A stretch of DNA of 53,074 bases from Lama guanicoe (Eukaryota), in assembly GCA_013239625.1 (NCBI GenBank), contig MU054194.1, positions 67,880-120,953 of the forward strand, read 5' to 3'. The notes beneath the pieces were generated by a model, which saw nothing but the letters and a program-made list of their open reading frames with translations, ran no database searches and was not told the origin of the DNA. Position numbers and translations under genes: made by a program. Positions 1-11,600 of the stretch are shown one piece after another; position 1 is the first letter of the stretch, and every line of letters begins with the position of its first letter.

Positions 1-2736
1 TTATAGATATGAGATATTTCTATGGCTTAAAAAAAATCAAAGTCAAAGAGCTTTGCTTAATTGATGTAAAAATAAGAGCTTACAAATTAATTTTTTTTTA
101 AAAAATAAAAACTGACCAAATTGACTTTCAGGTTCACATGAACTGGAAAATATTTAATATTAAAGTAATGCTTGGTATTAAGTTTAGTTTAAGTTCATTC
201 TAATTAATAAAGACATATTTAGAGTCATCAATTTTAAGTATAATACCCTTACTGTACCTAGGTTTAATGAAAGTCAAGTAAGATCCTGTTATATCTGTTG
301 CAGATTTGCCAAAAAAAGAAAATAATAGTAATGTGGTGTGATCAAATTCTAAGTAAGTTAAATGAAAATGAGATGAGACATTTTGGGTAAATTCTTCAAA
401 AATATATTTTTAAAAATGTATGCGTAAAATAATCTCTAAATATTTGGTATCTTTTAATTCTAGAGTTATGCTAAATTAAGTTAAATGATGGGAGTTTATT
501 AAATAGCTATGCCATTTTCAGATAAAATAAGATTGAAATATTACTTACTTAACATTTGACTTCCTCTTACAGAGAAACTAAAGGTGTTTAAAAATATTAA
601 TAAATGGTTGGCGCCACCCTGAAATATTCTCTACTATTAAGGGAAACATTTCAGTATCTTGGAAAATAAGGTGAATGTGTAAAGGAAGATATAAGGAATG
701 GAATTGTATTTTGTTAATGGAAAATAGTAATTTTGTCCTGAAGCTGGTTACTTCTGAATGAAAGAGAAAATAAGGGACAAAGTAATATGAGTATAGAAAG
801 TTGTGGAAGGCTTGTGGAAGAGGAAACCTGAGGAAATAATTTTGTACATGGTCGGGATTGGCTAAGTTTAGAATAAATTTGGTCAAAGTAAATGAATCTT
901 ACAAGTAACCCTGTAAAAGACTAGATTCGGTTTTCTCTTTGTTAAATGGACAAAGTTTTCTTAAAATGTTAATCTCCCTTCAGTAACAGATTGTAAACTA
1001 CTTATACTCCTTAAGTGATCTGTTCTGCCTTTACCTTTGAAATAATTTCTTGTTAACGAATAAGTATTATTTTACAGTGATCTATACTTTTATCTGACCA
1101 AGTGTTTTGAAATCTTTTAACAAGTTTCCCAAATATCAATTTCCGATTAAAGTTCTTTTAATCTCCAGTTAAATTTGGGATACTACAGAGGGCCCCTGAA
1201 ACATCCCAAAGAGAGATTTTAAAGTAGTAAGTTTCATTTGGTATGTTAAATAACATGGGAAGTATTGTCAAATGAATAATAAATCTTCCTAGGTTATATT
1301 GTATGAGAAAATATTATTAATATAGTTATTATAGAATTTATATGGACTCCCTAAAATTCTAATATGTTTGAAATTTTACCAGTCATAATTCTGGTTATTG
1401 TGACCAGATTTCTTTATCGATTACAGTGTAATGGTGTTTAACCATGCTTTTAAATCTTTTTGTCATTTATAGATAGTTATTGTTTTATTCTGATGATTTT
1501 ACAAAATGCTTTCTTTTCAAGGAGATTTACTGGTTTCTAATAAATTTCAAACTACAGCACAGAACTAAACTTGGTAAGAAATTTTAAAGTTCTAATGAAA
1601 ACTCTGATTTCATAACACTTTTAACAAAAGGATTAGTTACATGGGACTGAGTAAACTGATGAATATGGTTACAATTTTTGATTTTGTTTGAAATATTACT
1701 GGCTTTAATCTGTTTCCCAGACATGAAGAAACTCTTCTCTTTAAGCTAGTTATGACCCACAGCAATTTGTTGAGTTATACCTATGTAAGCAGACTTGGAA
1801 CAGTTATCTTTTCTCTCTATCTGATCCCTCCAGAGACTAAAAACTCTTAGATCCCCAGTGGCTCTATCAGATAAATTAAAAAGAACACCTCCTAACAGAT
1901 ATAGGAATCTCAAGGTATTTTAAGGACCTTAAAGAGAAAACAATTTACCTAAATCTGTAAGGCAAAAATCTATGACAACTCCTTGACGTGGCTTTCCTGG
2001 CCTTAGGAAACCTTACTAACATTTTAGCCTGAGACCCCTTATTAAAAGCTCCAACACAGCCAATTTAAAAGAGCCTATATGATCAAATAATTAGACTTAA
2101 CTTGTAAACCAATTAACTTTGGTTTGACTATATTTGATAAAAATGAGGGAATTTTAGAGAGAAAAAGATTATATTTTACTGGATATTAAATTCTAGTTTT
2201 GTTAATTGAGGTCTATATTTACTAAGACACTTCCCAAATCATTCCTTGCTGTTATGTTACATTGCTGCAAAGTTTAATTGAATTATTAAAAGGACACTGT
2301 ATGTTTGTTTCTGAAGCTCAGTAATCTATCCTTGGGTAAAGATCCGATGCCCCATGACCTGCAGCCAGGGGATTATACATACTGGAACAGACATGACCTA
2401 AAGAACTATCTCCAACCTGAATGAAAGGACCCTTTACCAGGTACTCTTAACTAGACCATGCACAGTGAAAGCTAAAGGAAATTGACTTTTGGATTAGTTT
2501 CCAGTCAGCGAGAGCCCCTGCAGAGGACTGGCCTATAGAGCACTGCTCACCTTAAAACAATGCTCAAATAAAGAAAAATCTACCAGGCCAGGATGAGAAG
2601 AAGACGACATCTGAGGTAGACAGCTGACCCAAGACACACGACCAGGCCTGTACATACCAATTAATTTGATATTTGCTCTCACCTTTAATTATGAACTAAT
2701 CCAATTGTTAGTTTTATGGTAAATTACCTATGTCTA
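1..2736 (+). mobile_element. Old ERV1-class internal region (AT-rich, degenerate), 5' part; interrupted by the provirus at 2741
   Basis: Degenerate integrase C-terminal motif at ~2360-2497 (LQPGDY.YW.RH....LQP.*KGP/YQVLLT....K....FWI). Sequence reads through from ...cctatgtctagtac (2740) to ttctctgttaccttggtgg (16071) once the younger provirus is removed. Confidence 0.75.
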
Positions 2737-2740
2737 GTAC

Positions 2741-3198
2741 TGTGAAGGAAAAGCCGGGCTGGTCTAACAAGATAATTCACAAGTCTAGGAATGTGAAGGA
2801 GAGACTGGGCTGGTCGAACAAGATAAGTCACAAATCTAAGTATCAGAATGCTGACCTGAGTTCTGCTGGACTAACATCTAAGTTAATAGTGCTGGTTTGC
2901 TGTTCATGTTTTTTTGCTAGCCAGCTGGATTTTCAAAGATGTCTATCTGGCTTAGGAATGTTGGTTTGCTGCCTCCCTGCCTCCACTTTTGTGATAATGA
3001 TGCTGCTAAAGCTGTTCCATACCTATTGGCCAAAAACCCCAAGCTTGTAATTTGCCCTATAAAACCTCATGTGCACGTCTTGGAGGTGCTCAGAGATTTG
3101 GAGCAGAAGCCCCTCTGAGCCTGCCGGTGTAACACATCCGAGTACTCCAACCCTCTGAGTGGTGCTTGTTTCTTGGCAGGCCTGTCGTTTCCATAACA
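2741..3198 (+). repeat. 5' LTR
   Basis: tgtgaagg...ccataaca; TATA-like ctataaaa ~3057; about 7% substitutions versus the 3' LTR (about 30 mismatches counted by eye). Confidence 0.95.
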
Positions 3199-3202
3199 TT
3201 TC

Positions 3203-3220
3203 TGGAGGCTCCAGCTGATA
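3203..3220 (+). promoter_or_regulatory. Primer binding site, tRNA-Thr (degenerate)
   Basis: tggaggctccagctgata just after the LTR; the related copy at 50276 reads TGGAGGCCCCAGCGAGAT, complementary to the recalled tRNA-Thr(TGT) 3' end. Confidence 0.8.
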
Positions 3221-3626
3221 CAACCATGCCGGCCCCTTGACCCGCTGGACTGGTGACTCCAGCCAAGCAGGGGACGGGACTCTGGCAAAGAACAAGGTGG
3301 CGCCGCCCGACGGTATTCCGGGTTCCCCTTCATGACGGCAACTCGGCCCCTCGGGCTGGCTGGGCTAAACCAGAGCCAGACTCCGTGGAGGGATGGACAG
3401 ACTCACCAGGTGGCTGTCTGGACAAGGTAGGATCCCCCAGGAGGAATCAGATCCTGTCCCATTGGACAGAAGAGGAGGCTGATCCCCTCCTACAGGCTCT
3501 CCGTCTGATGGTATTTCAGACGGGGAAATCAGGTCAGGAATCAGGTCCTGTCCCAGTGGATAGAAGAGGAGGCTGATCCCCTCCTACAGGAAAAGGGACA
3601 TTGGTATTGGTGGGAGGACTGTTGTT

Positions 3627-3676
<50 letters not shown>

Positions 3677-3838
3677 TGGCCTGTGAAGCATGCGATCAGG
3701 CTCGAGTTTGTAGCTCCACGGCATTCTGCTACGGAGTTCGAGTGAGTCCCAACCTGCGGTTCCGTGGTGACCTCATATGGCTCAGGGTGTTATCAGTCCC
3801 TCAGGGTCCCGATCAGAGTCAATGGCTTATACTAACCC

Positions 3839-4290
3839 ATCAAAGCTAAGAGGCAGGCACCTTCATCCCCACTAGGGGAGCGGCCAGGCGGACGCAACAA
3901 AAACCCTCCCTTGTCTTGTCTGCGACACCAGCACAGGATGGCTACACTGGGACGGAAAAGGACATAGACAGCCAATCAGTCAACGCCCTGTGCCCTCGGA
4001 GGCTAGGATGCTATTTCTCTGAGAAAATCTCCTACCTGATTCTGTCACAGAACACCCGAGATTTAGTGTAGATCAAAGCTAAGAGGCACCTTCATCCCCA
4101 CTAGGGGAGCGGCCAGGCGGACGCAACGAAAACCCTCCCTTGTCTTGTCTGCGACACCAGCACAGGATGGCTACAATGGGAGGGAAAAGGACATAGACAG
4201 CCAATGAGTCAACGCCCTGTGCCCTCGGAGGCTAGGATGCTATTTCTTTGAGAAAATCTCCTACCTGATTCTGTCACAGAACACCCGAGA
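3839..4290 (+). repeat. ~220-bp direct duplication in the proviral leader (3839-4061 and 4072-4290)
   Basis: atcaaagctaagaggc...gaacacccgaga occurs twice, with few mismatches and a 10-nt spacer. Confidence 0.9.
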
Positions 4291-4448
4291 CTTATTGTTC
4301 CCCTACTGAACTGACCCAAGTAGTGCCCCTTTTGCCTAGCCTCAGACCCCCAGGAATCAAGTTTAGAAGACGAATTCCTTCGGGACCGGGCTCACCCGGC
4401 CTCGGAGATCCCTTTTCTAGTCCATTTGTTTTACCATCTGCTGTCAGT

Positions 4449-6498
4449 CCCACGCCCCTGATATGTTAGTTCAGGATATAGAGAAGATTTAATGAAGGAA
4501 GTCCCTGGAACTGCTTGAGGCCTTGAGATCCAGAGACATCAGCTGTGACTGGAACCCAGAAATGATTAAGAATTTCAAAAAGGGATTCTCAGGAGACTAT
4601 GGAATTCAAATAACCCCTGGCAGGCTCCACACTTTGTGTGAGCTTGAATGGCTGAACTTTGGAGTCAGGTGGCCCTCAGGAGGAACTCTGGACCTAGCAA
4701 CAGTGCGAGCAGTCTATCAAATAATCAGTGGAACCCCAGGTCACCCAGATCAATTTCCTTACTTTGACTCCTGGCTAAATATTGCCCAAAATCTACCCCC
4801 ATGGATTCGGTTCTGCTCAAATGGACCTGGACAATGCAAGATATTTGCAGCTTAGCTGGTCCAGGCCAAAAAGACAGACAAAAAAAAAAGGCCTATTTTC
4901 CAGGGAGACACAGAGAACAAAATGTGCCTGCCTCCTCTGTATGCCCCGGGGCACCAACACCTCACCAATCTGAGGACCCAGAGGCAGAGCCCAGCCCCCA
5001 GCCTGAGCCAGTAGGAAGGAGACTCCGGTCAGCACAACCCGGAAGACCAGCACCACCAGCCCTCCAAGTGCCACTGCGGGAGACACAAGGGCCACAACAA
5101 GTTGGGGAAGACGGGACTATTCAGCCCGGGCACCCCGTACACTGCTCTCAACCTGTTAGCACTACAGCCCTTCTCAATTGGTGCCATTATACTCCTTCCT
5201 ACTCTGAAAAACTGCAGGCATTTCAATCACATTATGGTCTAAACAAAATTAAGAAGAGCTTCCACAATAATAACAGATAAAGAGCCACTGGTAAACCCGT
5301 GAGGACTTTTGGCCTGCCCTCCAAAGAAAAGGAATAAAAAGTATCAGAGAGGACCACGGAAGACGTCAAGGGGAGCCACGCCAAGTGGTGGCGGATGGAA
5401 CAGCGACCATGTCTGCCCGGCAACAGCAGCAGCAGCAGCAGCCCCCACAGCCCCAGCACCGCCTCCACCTCGGCCGCCACCACCTCCATGGCAACTGTTG
5501 GGGAGCGCTGAACCTTGCCCAGTCCCGAAGCGATGCTGGGATAGTAATAGGGCTCCGTCGCAAAGACTTGCGAATATTTGGTCCCTGTCCAGCCCACGAT
5601 GATTTCTGCTTGATGGTATGTGACGACTATAATCAGGCTGTCAAACCGCAGGCTATGATTGACCTCGTAGAGTCTATCTTCCATTCTCACTGGCCCACCT
5701 GGGAAGATGTCCACCAGCTGCTTCTGACTCTTTTCAATACAGAGGAGAGGAGACGCATTCTCACTGAAGCACGAAAATGGCTGCAGGGCCGAGCACCTGG
5801 GGTCACAAAGGATGTTGAGGGGTGGGCCATGACACATGCCCCTGACACCAGACCAGATTGGGACTTTAACACCCAAGAAGGAAGAGAAGCACTACGTGAA
5901 TACCGGGAGGCCATCCTACAAGGGCTAAGAGCAAGAGCCAAGAAGCCAAATAACATGTCTAAAGCGACCACGGTGACCCAGAGGCCAGACGAAACCCCCA
6001 CTGACTTCTATGAGAGACTATGAGAAGCATTCCGAGTCTACACTCCTTTTGATCCTGAGGCCCAAGAAAACCAATGGATGGTCAACGCTGCCTTCGTAGC
6101 CCAATCATACCCAGATATACGCCGGAAACTCCAAAAACTGGATGATTCGCAGGGATGAACACTACACAGCTGCTGGAAGTAGCAAACAAAGTTTTTGTAA
6201 ATTGAGAACGGGAAGCCCAACGAGAAGCAGACCAGCGAATGAAGCTGGAAGCCTCACTCCTTGCAGCAGCCCTGGGGAAAACAAGCTTCGGCCTGAATCC
6301 TGCACCGTTTAGGAAGAGGGGACCCCAACCATGGATGCCCCTGGGCCGAGACCAATATACATACTGCTGGGAGACAGGACACTGGAAGAACGAGTGCCCA
6401 AATAGAAAGGATAGAAAGAGAGCACCCCCCAAAAGGCCTACTTATCAGCTGGAGCCACCAGCCAGTAATCACATCGGACTGGCTGGGGTCAACTCAGA
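4449..6498 (+). pseudogene. gag: gag (MA-CA-NC), disrupted by stops, frameshifts and two inserts
   Basis: PTPL...MIKNFKKGFSGDYG...PGHPDQFPY (MA); SYSEK/PQAMIDL...PTWED...LFNTEER, QRPDETPTDFYERL (CA/MHR); [15 protein letters not shown] (degenerate CCHC). Confidence 0.93.
5209..5653 (+). pseudogene. ATXN7: Captured, intronless, circularly permuted ATXN7 5' fragment (polyQ and first zinc-finger region) inside gag CA
   Basis: Contains gacgtcaaggggagcc (DVRGEP-like), RQQQQQQQPP, atggcaactgttggggagcgc (MATVGER), PSPEAMLG and IFGPCPAHDDFCLMVCDDYNQAVKPQA. Its natural continuation, QAFQSHY, sits at the start of the insert. Confidence 0.9.
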
Positions 6499-6722
6499 AT
6501 GGGAGAGATCGGGCTCCCTGTCCCTGGGCCCCCAGGAGCCCAAGGTCAAGATGTTTATAGGGGACCAACCAATGACTTTTATGGTAGACACAGGAGCAGA
6601 GTATTCTGTTGTGACCCAAACTGTAGCCCCCCCCCGACCAAGAAAAAGGCGACTATTAATGGAGCTACTGGGAACTCAACTCCTGCCATTTCTGCCAACC
6701 ACGATCCTGTCAAGTAGGGGGG
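6499..6722 (+). pseudogene. pro: Retroviral protease, frameshifted and truncated
   Basis: [12 protein letters not shown] active site, then INGATG and RSCQVGG in shifted frames. Confidence 0.9.
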
Positions 6723-6857
6723 CAACATGCGATGGCCTGGATTGCGATGTTGAGCACTGTAACTTGCCCGAGATGCATGTGGGCGACTGGATGCTCTTTG
6801 AGAACATGGGTGCTTACACTGTCGCTGCTGCTTCTACTTTCAATGGCTTTGGAGGCC
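6723..6857 (+). pseudogene. ODC1: Captured ornithine decarboxylase fragment (about aa 359-400)
   Basis: [42 protein letters not shown] matches recalled mammalian ODC1 [42 protein letters not shown]. Confidence 0.95.
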
Positions 6858-7850
6858 CTCTTAAAGCGATATTTCCTAATTTCTCGTCTCCCTACTCTGT
6901 GCGCATCAGTCTCCCAGCGCTGCTTGCTCTGTGCACAAAACAGTCCAAAACAAGTTCTCACTGGACCAATGGGAATACAACAATGCAGATTGGCTCCCTT
7001 CAAAGATTTAGAAGTGGACTTTACTGACCTTGGGCCCAGTAAGGGATGTAAGTACATGTTGGTTGTCATCTGCACCTTCACAGGGTGGGTAAAAGCCTAC
7101 CCAACCAGGACAGAGGAAGCAAGGGAAATGACAAAGGCTCTCCTCAAGGATGTTATCCCTCGATTTGAAATGCCTACCTCCATCGGGTCTGACAATGGAA
7201 CCGCCTTCATGGCAGAAGTTGTACAGCAAATGGCAAAGGCACTGAGCATCCGCTGGAAACTGCACACAGCATACCAGCCTCAAAGTTCAGGGAAGGTAGA
7301 ACGAATGAACTAAACTCTAAAATAAATGATAGCTAAAATCAGCCAAGAAACCCAGCATCCCTGGGTGGACATTTTCCCCCTGGCTCTGTTGCGAATAAGA
7401 TGCACCCCAAGATTTAATATTGGGTACTCTCCCTTTGAAATCCTCTATAGGCAACAGCCACCCATAGTCAGGATGGGAAATCCCACCCCGGAGATAGGAA
7501 ATTTAGGGCTCTACCAACAACTGTGGGGACTAGGACAAGTACTACGGGAAGTTTCGGGTTGGGTAATAAAGAGAACACCCATTTTGTTAGGGGTCCAAGT
7601 GCATCCCTATAAACCAGGTGACCAAGTATGGATAAAGGAATGAAAAAAGGAACCTCTCAAACCAACATGGAAGGGACCATATTTAGTGGTATTAACTACT
7701 CCTACAGCTGTTAAAGTTGCAGGAATCATCCCTTAGATCCACCACTTCAGGGTTAAGAGAGTGACTTCACCTCAGACAGAGGGTCCCTAAAAACTTGAGA
7801 GTCCTGGAAGACCCGCTCAAGATCAAGATCAAGAGAGACCAGAAAAGGAT
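6846..7850 (+). pseudogene. pol: Integrase (N-terminally clipped, premature stops)
   Basis: CLLC, VDFTD, SDNG, WKLHTAYQPQSSGKVERMN, WKGPYLVVLTTPTAVKV. Confidence 0.93.
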
Positions 7851-8121
7851 CAACAAGCCCTGCTCTAGCCACACCCGGAAGCTGGCTAGTCAACGCACGG
7901 CCGAAGCTTGAGGCAAGTTCAACGCAGCTGTTAAATATATTTCTTTTCTGCTCCCTTGCCTCATTCCTTGTTTGCTATACAAGTCTACGTATTAGCAGTG
8001 GAGCTAGCTAGCCCGCCCCACCTGACTGGAACATAGGCCATAAAATCCTGATAGCTATTTTATACCTTGTTATAATTAGTGCCATCACTGCAGCATCATG
8101 TCTAAGAGAATCATAAGGCTG

Positions 8122-8277
8122 ATGTTACTGACGCTAATGCCCTCACTCTCCTTGGCTGTACAATGCACCTGCACGGAACCGGGTGACAGGTGGTCTTACA
8201 AAACAGGAGGGGTCTGGACATACTCACGGCCAATGAGGGGAGACTATGCCCCTTCCTAAACCAAAAGTGCTGTTTTT
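8122..8277 (+). pseudogene. env: env remnant, 5' part: SU almost entirely deleted, TM immunosuppressive domain retained
   Basis: [18 protein letters not shown] from 8187, then LNQ.CCF, which resumes after the L1. Confidence 0.85.
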
Positions 8278-8611
8278 TTTTTAACATTTATTATTGATTT
8301 ATAATCATTTTACAATGTTGTGTCAAATTCCAGTGTTCAGCACAATTTTTCACTCATTCATGGACACATACACACATATTGTCACATTTTTTCTCTGTGA
8401 TATATCATAAAATTTTGTGTATATTTCCCTGTGCAATACAGTGTAATATTCTTTATCTATTCTAAAATTTTGAAATCCCACTCTATCCCTTCCCACCCTC
8501 TACCACATCCCCGGTAACCACAAGTCTGTATTCTCTCTCCATGAGTCTTTTTCTGTCCTGTATTTATGCTTTGTTTTTGTTTGTTTGTTTGTTTGTTTTT
8601 GTTTTTGTTTT

Positions 8612-11600
8612 TTAGATTCCACATATGAGTGATCTCATATGGTATTTTTCTTTCTCTTTCTGGCTTACTTCACTTAGAATGACATTCTCTAGGCACATCC
8701 ATGTTGCTGCAAATGGCATTATGTTGTCAGCTTTATGGCTGAGTAGTATTCCATTGTATAAATATACCACCACTTCTTTATCCAGTCACCTGTTGATGAA
8801 CATTTAGGCTGTTTCCATGTTTTGGCTATTGTAAATAGTGCTGCTATGAACATTGGGGTACAGGTGTCATCCTGAAGTAGATTTCCCTCTGGATAAAAGC
8901 CCAGGAGTGGGATTCCTGGGTCATATGGTAAGTCTACTCCTACTCTTTTGAGGAATCTCCCCACTGTTTTCCATAGTGGCTGCACCAAACTGCATTCCCA
9001 CCAGCAGTGTAGGAGGGTTCCCCTTTCTCCACAGCCTCTCCAGCATTTGTCATTTGTGGATTTCTGAATGACGGCCATTCTGACTGGTGTGAGGTGGTAC
9101 CTCATTGTAGTTTTGATTTGCATTTCTCTGATAATTAGTGATATTGAGCATTTTTCTTCTGCTTTTTGATCATTTGTATGTCTTCCTAGGAGAATTGCTT
9201 GTTTAGGTCTTCTGCCCATTTATGGATTGGGTTGTTGATTTTTTTCTTATTGAGTCCTATGAGCTGCTTCTATATTCTGGAGATCAAGCCTTTGTCGGAT
9301 TCACTTGCAAAAATTATCTAACATTCCATAGGTTTCCGTTTGGTTTTACTTCTGGTTCCCTTTGCAGTGCAGAAGGTTGTAAGTTTCATTAGGTCCCATT
9401 TGTTTCTTCTTGCTTTTATTTCTTCTAGGAGAAAATTTTTGAAATGTATGTCAGATAATGTTTTGCCTATGTTTTCCTCTAGGAGGTTTATTGTATCTTG
9501 TCTTATGTTTAACTCTTTAATCCATTTTGAGTTGATTTTTGTATATGGTGTAAGGGAGTGTTCTAGCATCATTGTNNNNNNNNNNNNNNNNNNNNNNNNN
9601 NNNNNNNNNNNNNNNNNNNNNNNNNNNNNNNNNNNNNNNNNNNNNNNNNNNNNNNNNNNNNNNNNNNNNNNNNNNNNNNNNNNNNNNNNNNNNNNNNNNN
9701 NNNNNNNNTTCTTTCTCTTCAGTAATGCTTTAGCAATTCTAGGTCTTTGATGGTTCCATATAAATTTTATTATGATTTGTTCTAGTTCTGTGAAATATGT
9801 CCTGGGTAATTGGATAGGGATTGCATTAAATCTGTAGATTGCCTTGGGCAGTGTGACCATTTTCCATTTTAACTGATTCTTCCAATCCAGGAGCATGGAA
9901 TCTCTTTCCATTTTTAAGTCTTCTTTAATTTCCTTCATCAATGGTTTATAGTTTTCTGTGTATAATTCTTTCACCTCCTTGGTTTGGTTTATTCCCAGAT
10001 ATTTTATTACTTTGGGTGCTATTTTAAAGGGGATTGTTTCTTTACTTTCTTTTTCTGTTGATTTATCGTTAGTGTAAAGAAAGGCAACTGATTTTTGAAC
10101 ATTAATTTTGTAACCTGCTACCTTGCTGAATTCTTCGATCAGCTCTAGTAGCTTTTTTGTGGACCTTTTAGGGTTTTCTATATATAGTAACATGTCGTCA
10201 GCATATAATGACACTTTTACCTCTTCTTTTCCAATTTGGATCCCTTTTATTTCTTTCTCTTGCCTGATTGCTGTGGCTAGGACTTCCAGGACTATGTTGA
10301 ATAGGAGTGGTGATAGTGGGCATCCTTGTCTTGTCCCAGATTTTAGTGGGAAGCTTTTGAGTTTTTCACCGTTGAGAACTATGCTGGCTGTAGGTTTGTC
10401 ATATATAGCTTTTATTATGTTGAGATATGTTCCCTCTATACCCACTTTGGCGAGAGTTTTTATCATAAATGGGTGTTGAATTTTATCAAATGCTTTTTCT
10501 GCATCGATTGAGATGATCATGTGGTTTTTGTCCTTTCTCTTGTTGATGTGATGTATTACATTGATTGATTTGCGTATGTTGAACCAGCCTTGTGTCCCTG
10601 GGATGAACCCCACTTGGTCATGATGTATAATCTTTTTTATGTGTTGTTGGATTCTATTTGCTAAAATTTTGGTGAGGATTTTGGCGTCTATGTTCATCAG
10701 TGATATTGGCCTATAATTCTCTTTTTTTGTAGTGTCTTTGCCTGGTTTTGGTATCAGGGTGATGGTGGCTTCATAGAATGAGTTTGGGAGTATTCCCTCC
10801 TTTTCAATCGTCTGGAAGAGTTTGAGAAGGACTGGTATGAGTTCTTCTTTGTATGTTTGGTAGAATTCCCCGGTGAAGCCATCCGGTCCTGGACTTTTAT
10901 TTGTAGGGAGGTTTTTAATTGCTATTTCTATTTCCTTTCTAGTGATCGGATTGTTCAAGTGTTCAGTTTCTTCTTGATTCAGTTTTGGTGGACAGTATGT
11001 TTCCAGAAACTTGTCCATCTCCTCTAGGTTATCCAGTTTGGTTCCATATAGTTTTTCATAATATTCTCGTATGATATTCTGTATTTCTATTTTGTTTGTT
11101 GTAATTTCTCCATTTTCCTTTCTTATTTTGCTAATTTGTGCTCTCTCTTTTTTCTTCTTTGTGAGTTTGGCCAGAGGTTTGTCGATTTTATTTACTTTTT
11201 CAAAAAACCAGCTTTTGGTTTGGTTGATTTTTTCTATGGTCTTGTTAATCTCTATTGTATTTAATTCCTCTCTGATCTTTATTATTTCCTTCCTTCTGCT
11301 GCTTTTTGGGGCTTTTTGTTCTTCTTTTTCTAATTGATTCAGGTGGTGGGTTAACTTGTTTATTTGAGATTGTTCTTCTTTTTTGAGGAAGGCCTGTATC
11401 GCTATAAACTTCCCTCTTAGCACTGCCTTTGCTGTGTCCCATAGGTTTTGAGTGGTTGTGCTTTCATTATCATTTGTCTCAAGGTATTTTTTAATTTCAG
11501 CTTTGATTTCCTCATTGATCCATTGTTTTTTCAATAACATATTGTTTAATCTCCATGCTTTTCTTTTTTTCTCCTTTGTTTCTCTGTTGTTGATTTCCAG

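Noticed and set aside
3440..4290. CRISPR-like or prokaryotic repeat array
   Set aside because: Only two-copy duplications within a retroviral leader in mammalian DNA.
5209..5653. 11-bp flanking repeats as an L1-type TSD of an ATXN7 retrocopy
   Set aside because: No polyA, no TTTT/A site, permuted order, and the repeat is itself ATXN7 coding sequence; microhomology fits better.
6239..7027. Functional ODC enzyme or intact gag-pro-ODC gene
   Set aside because: Only ~42 ODC residues, reached through frameshifted protease sequence; the PLP-binding barrel is absent.
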